Positions 39,151-51,546 of a DNA stretch of 64,000 nucleotides are shown here, one piece after another. The DNA comes from Kofleriaceae bacterium. Lineage in GTDB: Bacteria; Myxococcota_A; Polyangia; Haliangiales; Haliangiaceae. Where the stretch lies: NCBI GenBank assembly GCA_041389965.1, contig JAWKQV010000015.1, forward strand, positions 111,041 through 175,040, given 5' to 3'. The first letter of the stretch is position 1, and every line of letters starts with the position of its first letter. A program made the position numbers and the translations under genes. Under the pieces are notes generated by a model. The model saw only the letters and a program-made list of their open reading frames with translations, did no database searches and was not told where the DNA came from.

Positions 39151-39165
39151 ACGCCAGCCTGGGGC

Positions 39166-39993
39166 GTGGACCGTGCGCTTCGCCTGACCGCGTTCTGGAA
39201 CTGGCTGCCGGCGTTTCGCGCGGTGGCCGAGACCGAGCACCTGCCGACCGCCGCCGCCCTGCTGCACGTGTCGCCCTCGGCGCTGTCGCGCACCGTGCGG
39301 CAGCTGGAGGCGGCCCTGGGCGAGCGCCTGTTCGAGCGCGCCCACCGCGCCATGCGGCTCACCGCGGCCGGCCGCGAGGTGCTGGTGGCGGTGCGCGACG
39401 CCATGCGCGGGCTCGACGATCGACTCGGCCAGGTGGGGACCTCGGTGGCCAACCGCGCGCCGGTGCGGATCGGCGGGGCCGCGGCGTGGCTGCCGGTGCT
39501 GGTCGTCCCGGCGGTCCTCGACTGCTGCGTGGTCCAGCACGCGGAGGTGCCGGCGGCGGCGGCCCCGGCCCTGCTGCACCGGGGCGAGCTGGACTTGTGG
39601 ATCGGCGCCGCGCCGGCCAGCACCGAGCGGCTGGTGGTCGAGCGCCTGGGCCTGGTCGGCAACGGCGTCGTCGGTCGTCCCAGCGCGCGACCGCTCACCG
39701 AGCGCAGCTTCGCGGTGTGGACCGGCGGCGACGACGGCTGGCCGGTCGAGCGCGCTCGCCAGGTCGTGGTGCGTTCGCCGTCGCTGGCCGCGGTGCTCGA
39801 GGCCTGCGTCGGGACCGATCTGGTGGCGGCGGCGCCGCGGGTGCTGGCCAAGGCCCGGGGCCTGCGCCAGGCGTCGCGCATGTCGCTGGCGTCGACGCCG
39901 TTGCACCTGCTGCGGCGCCCGCCGCTGGGCCCGGGGCCGCTCGACGAGGTGGCGGCGCGGATCACCGCCGCGGCGGCGCGCGCGCTGGCCTGA
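39166..39993 (+). CDS. LysR family transcriptional regulator
   Basis: GTG within ORF 39115..39993. HTH: LRLTAFWNWLPAFRAVAETEHLPTAAALLHVSPSALSRTVRQLEAALGERLFER. Confidence 0.75.
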   Translation: MDRALRLTAFWNWLPAFRAVAETEHLPTAAALLHVSPSALSRTVRQLEAALGERLFERAHRAMRLTAAGREVLVAVRDAMRGLDDRLGQVGTSVANRAPVRIGGAAAWLPVLVVPAVLDCCVVQHAEVPAAAAPALLHRGELDLWIGAAPASTERLVVERLGLVGNGVVGRPSARPLTERSFAVWTGGDDGWPVERARQVVVRSPSLAAVLEACVGTDLVAAAPRVLAKARGLRQASRMSLASTPLHLLRRPPLGPGPLDEVAARITAAAARALA

Positions 39994-40011
39994 ACCCGGC
40001 CGGCCCTGGCG

Positions 40012-41037
40012 TCAGCGGGCCCGGGCGGGGCGCCCGCGCGCGGGGGGCGCGAACAGCGGCGTGGCCAGCCCCGCGCGATCGTAGAACCGCCAGCGGCGTC
40101 GGATCTGCCCGCGCTGGAACAGCGCGATCTCGGCCACCGTCACCGTGGCCGGCCCGACGGTGAGCCGGGCCAGCGACACCACGAAGTCGCCCGCGCCCCA
40201 CAGCGTCAGCGGCGCGCGGATCAGGTCGGGGTGGCGCGCGAACAGCCCGCGCAGCCCCGGCGCGATCGCCGCGACGCCGCCCAGGTCGGCCGGCAGGGTC
40301 TGGTCGCTGTCGGTGGTGTGCTCGGTCAGCGCGGCGGTGGCCGCGGCGACGTCGCGCCGCGCGAACCCGGCCGCGGCCTGCTCGACGGTGGCCAGGTTGG
40401 CCCGCTCGAGCCCCGACGCCGCCGACACCTCGACGGTGGTGGTGGCGGGGACCGCGGGTAACGCCGGACGCACCGGGCCGGGGGCCTGCCCCAGCTGGCC
40501 GCGCACCGTGGCGTGGTCGAGCAGGCTCCACTCGTCGGCGATCTGGTTGGCGTCGTCGAAGGTGGCCTGGTGGAACCACAGCACGCCGAGCGGCGTGGCG
40601 GTGGCCGGGGCGCCGGGGCCCGCCGGCGGGGCGGTGCCGACCACCCGCACGATGGCGGCCACTGTGCGCTGGTTGACCAGCACAAGCATGGGCTCGGCCA
40701 CCGCGTCGGGCACGTCCGCGCGCAGCGCCCAGGCGGCGGCCACCACCGCGTCGCGGCCGCGCCGCTCGTCGTCGGCGCCGGTGGCGGCGTGACCGACCAC
40801 GTCGGCGGCGTAGCGGCGGGCGAACCCGGCGCGATCGCCGTGGCTCCACGCGGTCCACCCGTCGACGTAGGCCGCGGCCAGCTCGTCGCCGACCAGCGGG
40901 GTCGGCGTCACCGGCACCGCGGTGATCTCGCGCGGCGGTGGCGGCGGCGTGGCGGTCCCGGCCGGAGCCGGCGCGGGGTCCTTGCAGGCGGCCGCGGCGG
41001 CCACGATCACCAGCAGCGCGCGGCGCGGGACGACCAT
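40012..41037 (-). CDS. Lipoprotein of unknown function (two NTF2/SnoaL-like-looking halves)
   Basis: MVVPRRALLVIVAAAAACKD lipobox, 341 aa, no recognised motif. Confidence 0.5.
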   Translation of the reverse strand: MVVPRRALLVIVAAAAACKDPAPAPAGTATPPPPPREITAVPVTPTPLVGDELAAAYVDGWTAWSHGDRAGFARRYAADVVGHAATGADDERRGRDAVVAAAWALRADVPDAVAEPMLVLVNQRTVAAIVRVVGTAPPAGPGAPATATPLGVLWFHQATFDDANQIADEWSLLDHATVRGQLGQAPGPVRPALPAVPATTTVEVSAASGLERANLATVEQAAAGFARRDVAAATAALTEHTTDSDQTLPADLGGVAAIAPGLRGLFARHPDLIRAPLTLWGAGDFVVSLARLTVGPATVTVAEIALFQRGQIRRRWRFYDRAGLATPLFAPPARGRPARAR

Positions 41038-41080
41038 CGGCGCGATCTAGCCCGAGCGTCGGCGGCGGCGCAAGCGCTGG

Positions 41081-42316
<1,236 letters not shown>

Positions 42317-43078
42317 CGGCGGTGGCGAAGAAGGTCCGCACCGCGGTCTGGTGGAAGTGGATGAGCGTGGCGTGCACCAGCGGCAGCGCGCGCGCCAGCA
42401 GCGGCGCGGCGGTGGCCGCCGGCAGGTCGCCGAAGCGCTCGAGCAGGACGCGGGTCTCGTGGGCCACCAGGCGATCGGCCAGCTCGACGAAGATGGCCAG
42501 GTCGGCCGGCTCGAAGCCGCGCTCGGCGGTGAAGCCGAGCCCGCGCCACTGGCTCCACAGCGCCAGCACCCGCTCGCTGTCGGCCGCCAGCTCCCGGTCG
42601 CCGCCGACGCCGCGCACCGGCACCAGGCCCAGCTCGATCAGCCGCTCGGCGTCGGCGGCGTCGACCCCGTGGCGGGCCAGCGCGTCGTCGAGCCGCACCG
42701 CACGGGCGTGGTCGCCGATGACGTCGGCCGGCAGCCGCGCGGCGATCTCGGCCAGCAGGCTCTGCTGGCTGGCCGGCAGCGCGGTCGTGTCGTCGGCCAG
42801 CATGGCGCGGATGGCGTGGAGCGGCAGGAACCGCTCCTCCTGCAGGCGGCGGATCAGGCGCAGCCGCTCGACGTGGGCCGGGCTGTACCAGGCCATGTTG
42901 CGGCCGGTCTTGGTGCCCTCGTCGACCAGGCCCTGCTGGATGTAGAAGTGGATGGCCTGGCGCGACAGGCCAGTGGCCGCGCACAGGTCTTTCATGCGCA
43001 GGCGATCGGTGCCAGCGGCCGGCGCGGTCGTCGGGGCGGCGGTGGCGCGGCCGGGGCGGCCGGCGCGCGCGGCGGGCT

Positions 43079-44215
43079 TCACGCGGGCGCCTCGACGGTG
43101 CACGGCGCGGTGGGCCGGGCCACGCACGCCAGCACCAGGCCGCGCGCGCGCTCGGCCGCGGTCAGGCAGTTGGGCTCATCCATGGTCACCGCGCCGTCGA
43201 CCAGCGTCACCGCGCACGCGCCGCAGCCGCCCATCGCGCACGACAGCTTGAGCGGCACGCCCGCGGCCAGGCCCGCCTCGAGGACGGTGTCGCCGGGACG
43301 GACGATGGCGCGGGTGGTGACGCCGCCGCGGCGGATCGTCACCGGCTGCGCGGCGGTCACCGCGGCGGCGCGCGGCGCGAAGAACCGCTCCTCCCGGATC
43401 TGGGCCGGGGCGACGTCGCGCGCGGCCAAGGCCCCGCGGGCCGCGGCCATCATCGGCTCGGGCCCGCACACCAGGAACTCGACGGCGGCGTCGAGCGAGT
43501 CGGCCGGGGCGAGCTGGTCGAGCTGGGCCGCCAGCCGCGGCGCGGTCAGCGGCCCGCCGGCGTCGTCGAGCACGTGGACCACCTGGAGCCGGTCCGGGTG
43601 GCGCGCGGCCAGGTCGGCCAGCGCGTCGGCGAAGATGATCGCGGCGCGATCGCGGTTGCCGTAGAGCAGCGCGACGCGGGTGGCGGCGTCGGTGGCCAGG
43701 GTGGCGCGGATGATCGCCATGATGGGCGTGATGCCGCTGCCGCCGGCGATGGCCACGACGTGGCGCGGCCCAGCGGCGGGGGGCAGCGTGAAGTCGCCCG
43801 ACGGGCCCAGCAGGCGGAGCACGTCGCCGACCCCGACCGTCGTCGTGAGGTAGGTCGACATGCGGCCACCCGGCACCCGCTTGACGGTGATCGCGGCGCG
43901 GGCCGGGTCGCGCCCGTCGGACGAGGCCGAGTAGGCGCGGCGCACCCGCTGGCCGGCGATGGTGGCCTCGATGGTGAAGAACTGGCCCGGCGTGAACGCC
44001 AGCGCGCCGCCGGCGGGATCGCGCAGCCACAGGGTCACGGCGTCGGCGGTCTCGCGAGTGATCGCGTCGATCACCACGTGGCGAGCGGCGTCGGCCCGGG
44101 GCGGCGCCGCGGCCGGGCGCGGCGGCCGGGTGACGAGCGGCGGCGGTGTTCTGCCGGTCAGGCCCCGGAGCAACATGGCGACGTCGCGCCGGGCCTGGGT
44201 GAATCGCGGGACCAT
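43079..44215 (-). CDS. Ferredoxin-NAD(P)+ reductase-type oxidoreductase with C-terminal plant-type [2Fe-2S] ferredoxin domain (PaaE/phthalate-dioxygenase-reductase-like)
   Basis: Within ORF 43079..44953, starting MVPRFTQARRDVAMLL. FAD RxYS motif: RRAYSAS. NAD motif: AIAGGSGITP. 2Fe-2S motif: SCAMGGCGACAV...C. Confidence 0.7.
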   Translation of the reverse strand: MVPRFTQARRDVAMLLRGLTGRTPPPLVTRPPRPAAAPPRADAARHVVIDAITRETADAVTLWLRDPAGGALAFTPGQFFTIEATIAGQRVRRAYSASSDGRDPARAAITVKRVPGGRMSTYLTTTVGVGDVLRLLGPSGDFTLPPAAGPRHVVAIAGGSGITPIMAIIRATLATDAATRVALLYGNRDRAAIIFADALADLAARHPDRLQVVHVLDDAGGPLTAPRLAAQLDQLAPADSLDAAVEFLVCGPEPMMAAARGALAARDVAPAQIREERFFAPRAAAVTAAQPVTIRRGGVTTRAIVRPGDTVLEAGLAAGVPLKLSCAMGGCGACAVTLVDGAVTMDEPNCLTAAERARGLVLACVARPTAPCTVEAPA

Positions 44216-44240
44216 GAGGGCAGCATGCTCGGCTAGATGA

Positions 44241-44300
44241 AAAGTGTCAAGTGACACTTTACGTAACGCCGATGAAGGGTGCAAATATCCTAAATATTTA
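44241..44300. promoter_or_regulatory. AT-rich promoter island with two palindromes: AAAGTGTCA-AG-TGACACTTT (44241..44260) and TAAATATTTA (44291..44300)
   Basis: Read directly. It lies between the divergent reductase (-) and ompA-like (+) genes. The 9-bp perfect arms are in a region that is otherwise ~70% GC. Confidence 0.5.
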
Positions 44301-44435
44301 TAGAAAATGGCATGGATGTGCGTTTGCGCGGGGAGGAATGCCGGCCGCACACCGCGGCCCGCCGATCGATCTCGCCCCGCGATCCGCGGCCGGAAGCCAT
44401 CGGTGCAGCGCCGGGCCTTGGGTAGGCTCGCCTCC

Positions 44436-45242
44436 ATGGCACCTCGCGTCACCTCCTTGAGCGCCGCCGTGCTCGGCCTCGGCCTCGCCACCGGCTGCGT
44501 GGTCAAGCAGTCCACCCACGACAAGGCGCTCGCGCACATCGCCGACATCGAGCAGCAGCTCGAGGCCAGCAAGCGCGCGGTCGCCGCCGACGAGGCCCGG
44601 CTGCGCGATCTCGACGCCGCGTTGGCGAAGGAGCGGGCCGAGCGCGCGGCCGCGACCGCGTCGACCGACGCCGAGCTGGCCCGGATCCGCGGCGAGAAGG
44701 AGGCCACGGTCGCCGAGGTCGAGGACCTGCGCCGGCAGCGCGACGCCCAGGAGCAGCGCCTGGCCGCGTACCGGCAGCTGCAGGAGCGGTTCCGCGCGCT
44801 GGTCGACAGCGGCAAGCTGCAGATCGGCTTCCGCAACGGCCAGATGGTGGTGAAGCTGCCGTCGTCGATCTTGTTCCCCAGCGGCTCGGACCGGCTGTCG
44901 AAGGCCGGCGAGGCGGCGCTGGCGGAGGTGGCGGCGGTGCTGGTCGAGTTCAAGGACCGCCGGTTCCTGATCGCCGGTCACACCGACAACGTGCCGATCA
45001 AGACCCGCACCTTCCGCAACAACTGGGTGCTGTCGACGGCGCGCGCGGTCGCGGTGCTGGAGTCGATGATCGCCCACGGCATGCCGGCCGGGGCGGTGGC
45101 CGCCGCCGGCTACGGCGCCGAGGATCCGGTGGCGTCCAACGACAGCGAGGCCGACCGCGAGCTCAACCGCCGGATCGAGATCATCCTGGTGCCCAACCTG
45201 TCGGAGCTGCCCCAGCTCACCGTCGACCCGCCGGCGGCATGA
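44436..45242 (+). CDS. OmpA-family lipoprotein (coiled-coil + OmpA/MotB C-terminal peptidoglycan-binding domain)
   Basis: Internal Met: MAPRVTSLSAAVLGLGLATGCVV (lipobox). OmpA_C signature: FPSGSDRLSKAGEAALAEVAAVL...FLIAGHTDNVP...NRRIEI. Confidence 0.8.
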   Translation: MAPRVTSLSAAVLGLGLATGCVVKQSTHDKALAHIADIEQQLEASKRAVAADEARLRDLDAALAKERAERAAATASTDAELARIRGEKEATVAEVEDLRRQRDAQEQRLAAYRQLQERFRALVDSGKLQIGFRNGQMVVKLPSSILFPSGSDRLSKAGEAALAEVAAVLVEFKDRRFLIAGHTDNVPIKTRTFRNNWVLSTARAVAVLESMIAHGMPAGAVAAAGYGAEDPVASNDSEADRELNRRIEIILVPNLSELPQLTVDPPAA

Positions 45243-45664
45243 CCGACGGCGGCCCGTTCCGCACGCCGGGCGCCGACCGCCTGGGCGCCGTGGCGCAGAC
45301 GTTCTCGACGCCGCCGCGCCAGCGCTTCGTGGGCAGCGCCCGGGTGGTGCAGCGGGCGGGGTTGTTGCGCCTGGGCGCCATGGCGGTGCCGACCGCGCGG
45401 TCGACCACCCTGTCGGTGACCCGCGGCCGTCCGGGCGACACCGTCGAGGTGCGCGCCGGCGGGCTGCGCGTGCGGACCCGGCCGATGGTGCTCGAGCTGG
45501 CGTGGGACCAGATCGTGGGCTGGACCAAGGTCGAGCACGCCGGGCAGGTGGTGGCGATCGAGCTGCGCGGCAGCCACGGCGAGCAGGTGCGCTTCGATCG
45601 CAACCTGCGCGGCCTCGACGACCTGTACGCGCTGGTGGCGGCGCGCCGCGCCAGCCCGCCGTGA
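45239..45664 (+). CDS. Hypothetical protein
   Basis: ATG overlaps the ompA stop (ATGA). 141 aa, no recognised family. Confidence 0.4.
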   Translation: MTDGGPFRTPGADRLGAVAQTFSTPPRQRFVGSARVVQRAGLLRLGAMAVPTARSTTLSVTRGRPGDTVEVRAGGLRVRTRPMVLELAWDQIVGWTKVEHAGQVVAIELRGSHGEQVRFDRNLRGLDDLYALVAARRASPP

Positions 45665-45665
45665 G

Positions 45666-47930
45666 CTACTGGCCCCAGGTGGTCGGGGCGTCGGCCATGG
45701 TGAAGGTGATGGTGCGGGCGCGGGCCAGCTGGGCCTGGGTCAGCCGGGGCGCGGTGACGGCGACGCCGTCGACGGTGACCCCGGCCACGTAGCGCCGGAC
45801 CGACGACGCGCCCGGGGCGTCGATGACCAAGGCGTGGCCGGCGACCACGACGCGGGCTCGCTCGAAGATCGGCGTGGCGATGATGTAGTCGGCCGTGCCC
45901 GGGATCGGGTACAGGCCCAGCGCGGCCAGCACGTACCACGCGCCCAGGGTGCCGCCGTCGTCGTTGCCGGCCAGGCCGGCTGGGGTGTCGGCGTAGTGGG
46001 TGTCGATGATCCAGCGCGCCCAAGTCTGGGTCAGATCGGGCCGGCCGAGCTGGGCGAACAGGAACGCGGCGTTGAGGTCGGGCTCGTTGCCGTGCCAGTA
46101 GTACGGACGCGGGAAGGTGGCCCCTGATGGGTCGCCCTCGTCCCAGTCGCGCCGCGCCTCGGTGAAGAAGGTCTCGAGCTTGGCGACGGCGGCGGCGCGG
46201 TCGCCGAGCAGGCCGGCCAGGCCGTCGGGATCGTGGATGCCGGCCATCCACAGCGAGTGCCAGGCGTTGGCCTCGGCGTAGTCGTCCGACAGCGCGAGCG
46301 GGTCGAAGTCGCCGACCCCGAAGGTGCCGTCGGCGTTGCGCGCGCGCAGAAAGCCCACCGCCGGATCGAACAGCATGCGCCAGCCGTGGCTGCGGGCCCG
46401 CAGCGTCGCGGCGTCGGCCGGGGCGCCCAGCGCGTCGGCCAGGTTGGCCAGCGCGACGTCGTCGTGGGCGTACTCGGTGGTGTGGCTGACCGAGCGGCCG
46501 ATCGCCGCCGGCACGTAGCCGTGCTGCATGTACGGCTCGACCTGATCGCGCCCGCCGCGGCCCTCGGGCGGCGCCACCGGATCGAGCGCGGCCGCCCGCA
46601 GGTGCGGCCACAGCCGGCCGGCCAGGTCGCGCGCGCCGGGCACGTCGCGGACCACGGCGTCGGCGACCACCACGTCACAGCTGGCGCCCAGCATGGTGCC
46701 GCTCTCGCCGACGGCGATCGGCCAGCGCGGGCACCCGCCCAGGTCGGCGAAGGCGGCCAGCGAGCCCACCGCGTCGCGGGCGCTGGTCGGCGCCAGCCAG
46801 GCGTACAGCGGATGGACCGTGCGGTAGGTGTCCCACAGCGAGAAGTCCGACAGCTGGTGGTAGCCGACCGCGGTCGCCGGCGCCGGCATGCCGTGCAGCT
46901 GGTAGCGGTGGTCGGCGTCGTCGATCACCGTCGGCATCAGGAACGCATGGTACAGGCTGGTGTAGAAGACGCGGCGCTCGGCGGTGGTGCCGCCGGTGAC
47001 CGCCACCACGCCCAGGCGCTCGCGCCAGGCCGCCTCGGCGGCGGCCAGGGTGGCCGAGGTGTCCCACGCCGGCAACTCGGCGGCGAGGTTGGCGTCGGCG
47101 CCGGCCGCGTCGACCAGCGACACGCCCACCTGCAGCTCCACCGTGGCGTCCGCGAAGGTCAGGGCCGCGCCGACCTCGGTCCCGGCCGCGTCGAGCGCGT
47201 CGGTGGCGGGTTGACCGTTGGCCCAGACCCGGGCGGTGCGCCACGGGTGCCAGGTGCGCGCGGTGAAGAACAGATCGTAGCCGCCGTAGTGGCCCGACAT
47301 GCCGCCGCGGTGGTGCAGCCGGCCGCGCACCGTGTGGGTGGCCGGGTCGAGGTGGAGCTCGGCGTCGGTGACGTCGTCGCCGTCGAGGGCCTTGCCCAGA
47401 TCGAGCACCACGGCGCCGGCGCCGCCCGGGAAGCGGTAGACGTGGTGGGCGGCGCGCGCGGTGGCGTACAGGTCGGCGGTGATGCCGCTGGCCAGGGTCA
47501 CGGCGTAGTGGCCGGGGCGGGCGTGCTCGTCGGCCTTGGCGAAGCGCGCGCGGTAGTCGGCGGCGTGGCGCCGGGCCGGATCGAACGCGCCGGTCGGCAT
47601 CACCGCCAGCACGCCGTAGTCGGCCACCCCGGCGCCGTGGAGGTGCAGGTGCGTGAACGCCTCGACGGTGTCGTCGTCGGCGAAGTAGCCCGAGAAGTGC
47701 TGGAACGCGACGGTGCCGAACGCGCCGCTGGTGTCGGGCCCGAGCTTGATCAGCCCGTGCGGCACCGCGGCCCCCACGAAGCTGGCCCCGTAGCTGAAGC
47801 CGAGGCCGCCGGTGCCGATGGTGGGATCGACCAGCGGCAGCGGATCGATGACCTCGGGCAGCGGCGCGGGGTCGTCGCCGCCGCAGGCGCCGGCGAGCAG
47901 CAGGCTGGCCACGACCAGGGGAGCGCGCAT
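45666..47930 (-). CDS. GH92 family alpha-mannosidase, lipoprotein
   Basis: Lipoprotein signal MRAPLVVASLLLAGACGG. GH92 hallmarks: DPTIGTGG...GNEPDLNAAFLFAQLG, about 754 aa. Confidence 0.8.
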   Translation of the reverse strand: MRAPLVVASLLLAGACGGDDPAPLPEVIDPLPLVDPTIGTGGLGFSYGASFVGAAVPHGLIKLGPDTSGAFGTVAFQHFSGYFADDDTVEAFTHLHLHGAGVADYGVLAVMPTGAFDPARRHAADYRARFAKADEHARPGHYAVTLASGITADLYATARAAHHVYRFPGGAGAVVLDLGKALDGDDVTDAELHLDPATHTVRGRLHHRGGMSGHYGGYDLFFTARTWHPWRTARVWANGQPATDALDAAGTEVGAALTFADATVELQVGVSLVDAAGADANLAAELPAWDTSATLAAAEAAWRERLGVVAVTGGTTAERRVFYTSLYHAFLMPTVIDDADHRYQLHGMPAPATAVGYHQLSDFSLWDTYRTVHPLYAWLAPTSARDAVGSLAAFADLGGCPRWPIAVGESGTMLGASCDVVVADAVVRDVPGARDLAGRLWPHLRAAALDPVAPPEGRGGRDQVEPYMQHGYVPAAIGRSVSHTTEYAHDDVALANLADALGAPADAATLRARSHGWRMLFDPAVGFLRARNADGTFGVGDFDPLALSDDYAEANAWHSLWMAGIHDPDGLAGLLGDRAAAVAKLETFFTEARRDWDEGDPSGATFPRPYYWHGNEPDLNAAFLFAQLGRPDLTQTWARWIIDTHYADTPAGLAGNDDGGTLGAWYVLAALGLYPIPGTADYIIATPIFERARVVVAGHALVIDAPGASSVRRYVAGVTVDGVAVTAPRLTQAQLARARTITFTMADAPTTWGQ

Positions 47931-47992
47931 CCCCGCATGCTACCCCCGGGCCGGTCGTCGTGCTCGAGGAACGTGGTAGCGTCCGCGGCCCC

Positions 47993-49099
47993 ATGGAGCT
48001 CGCCTTCGCCATCGCGATCGGCGCGGTCGTGACCGGTGTGGTCGCGGCGGTGGTCGCCGACGCCCGCCTGTGGGTGCTGGCGCCGGTGCGGGCGTTCGCG
48101 GTGGCGGCGGTGGCGATGGCCATCACCATCCACATCCTGCCCGAGGCCATCGAGGGCGGCGGCTGGGTGGTGCTGGTGGTCGCGGTGGTCGGCCTGATCG
48201 CGCCGATCCTCCTCGGGCGCGCCACCGCGAACCTGGGCGCCCGGCACCGCCGGCTGTCAGTCGAGCTGGGCTACGGCGCGGTGCTCATGCACCAGCTGTC
48301 CGACGGGCTGGCGCTGGGGGCCGCCACCGGCGGCCACGGCGACGTCCGCCACTGGGACCTGCTGATCGGGGTCGGCGCCCACACCGTGCCGCTGGTCGCG
48401 ATGCTCACCCTCACCTTCGTCGAGCTGGGCGGCCGGCGCGGCGCGGTGGTGCGGGCGGTCGGCATGGCGGTGGCGACCATGGCCGGCATCCTCCTCACGC
48501 GGCTCGACGACACCTGGCTGCCGTCGGCGGAGCCGTGGCTCAACGCGGCGGTCAGCGGCCTCCTCTTGCACGTCCTGTTGCACGACAGCGGCGATCGGGC
48601 GGTGCCGGCGGCGACCCGCCCGCTCGAGGCCATCGGCGTGGCGGTCGGCGTCGCGCTGCCGTTCGTGACCGGCGGCCACGAGCACGGCGGCGTCACCCAC
48701 GCGCTGCGCGACAACCTGGCCACCGTCGCCGTCGCCGCCGCCCCGTGGCTCGTCCTCGGCGGCGGGCTGGCCACCGCGGTCGCGGCCGCGCGGGGCCGCG
48801 GCGCGGCGGGCCTGGTGGCGACGGTGACCGGCCCGCTCACCGCGCTGGGCCTCATCGTCGCCGCCTACGCCGCCACCGCGCTGACCGACGTCGATGGGGT
48901 CCACTCGATCGGCGAGGCGCTGGCTGCCACCGCCGACGGCGTGCCGCGGCCGGTGGCCGTGGTGTGCGCCGGGCTGCTCGCAGCCGCGGCCCTGGCGCAG
49001 ATCGCCCGCGGGGGCCTCTTGGCCTGGCTCGGCACCAGCCACGCCCACGGCCCGGCCGGCGCCGACGCCCACGATCACGGCCACGCCCACCACCACTGA
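47993..49099 (+). CDS. ZIP-family-like divalent metal transporter with His-rich C-terminus
   Basis: Internal Met of ORF 47960..49099. TM-rich. ZIP-like motifs: HILPEAIEGG and LLHVLLHDSGD. C-terminus HAHGPAGADAHDHGHAHHH. Confidence 0.55.
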   Translation: MELAFAIAIGAVVTGVVAAVVADARLWVLAPVRAFAVAAVAMAITIHILPEAIEGGGWVVLVVAVVGLIAPILLGRATANLGARHRRLSVELGYGAVLMHQLSDGLALGAATGGHGDVRHWDLLIGVGAHTVPLVAMLTLTFVELGGRRGAVVRAVGMAVATMAGILLTRLDDTWLPSAEPWLNAAVSGLLLHVLLHDSGDRAVPAATRPLEAIGVAVGVALPFVTGGHEHGGVTHALRDNLATVAVAAAPWLVLGGGLATAVAAARGRGAAGLVATVTGPLTALGLIVAAYAATALTDVDGVHSIGEALAATADGVPRPVAVVCAGLLAAAALAQIARGGLLAWLGTSHAHGPAGADAHDHGHAHHH

Positions 49100-49124
49100 C
49101 GCCGCCGCGCGTCGACGGCGTCCG

Positions 49125-50335
<1,211 letters not shown>

Positions 50336-50339
<4 letters not shown>

Positions 50340-51436
50340 CGGGCACCTCCGGCCTGCTCGACCTGCAGCCGCGACGGCCGGCTGTCGTTGGCCCACGGCT
50401 GGATGTCGATGGTCACGCCCTTGAGGCGCTCGCCCAGGCGCTCCATCACCCGCTCGACCGGCTGGACCCGGAACGCGTCGATCTCGGCCTTCTTCGAAGT
50501 GTACTGGGCCTGGAGCTGGCCGGTCAGCTCGATCGCCCGCTGGCGCGCCGCCGACAGCGCCGCCTCGCCGCCGGCGACCTTCTCGATCTTGTCGGTGTCG
50601 ACCTGGCGGTGGGTCTCGGTCTGGGCCGCCACCGCGGTGGCCAGCTGGCCCTCCATCGCCGCGCGCTTCTCCTGCATGACCTTGTTCTGGTCGCGGTCGA
50701 CCTCGGCCAGCCGGCGGCTGCGCTCGGTCTCGGCCCGCTCGAGGTTGGAGTCGATGACCGACAGCTCGTTCTCGGTCTGGTTGCGGGCCTCGATCAGCTC
50801 CTCGTACTCGTTGGAGAACCGCGGCCGCGGCGTGACGATGCTGGTGACCTCGAGCCCGTGCTGGTTGAGCAGCTCGTTGATGCGGCGGCGGGCCCGCTCG
50901 GTGGCCTGGCCGAAGGTGGTCGGGTTGGACACGCTGATGGTCGACTCCTTGCCGAACTCGTCGCGCAGGATCGAGCGGGCGTACGGCAGCATCCACATCC
51001 GGTAGCGCTCCCCCTCGCCGGCGTCGGTGATGACCCGGGCCGCCGCGCCGGGGATGACCCGGAACAAGATGGTCGTGTCGTTGAACACGAAGTTGGACCC
51101 GTCCGACGCGCGGACCGTCAGCTCGTCGACGGTGAGCGGGTCGACGTACTTGTCGCCCCGCATGTGGAAGGTCTGCGGCGCGGCCTCCAGGGTGTAGACC
51201 GTGTGGATGCCGAACGGCAGGCGCACGATCAGGCCGGGCTGGGTGATGGTCTCGACCGCGCCGGTCAGGTTGTTGACGCGGACCGCGACGTGGCCCGGCT
51301 CGATGGTGACGCACGACCGGGTGGCGATGATCAGCGTCACCACCGCGGCCGCGACCAACCACAGGCGCGTGCGGTCTCCGCGCATCGAAGCCAGCGCGGC
51401 CTCGGCGCGCCCGCGGACGGTTCTCGAACTCGACAT
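50336..51436 (-). CDS. SPFH/band-7 family protein (HflK/HflC-like, first of pair)
   Basis: [38 protein letters not shown] (TM) then SPFH: [52 protein letters not shown]. Confidence 0.7.
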
Positions 51437-51546
51437 GGCGTAGCCTTTCCCGGCCAACGCGGCCGGCCCCTGGCCCCAGTGTACGTCAGCCGGGGCCGGG
51501 CTGTCGGCTTGCGCGGGCGCGCCGGCTCGGGCACCCTGCCGCCCCG

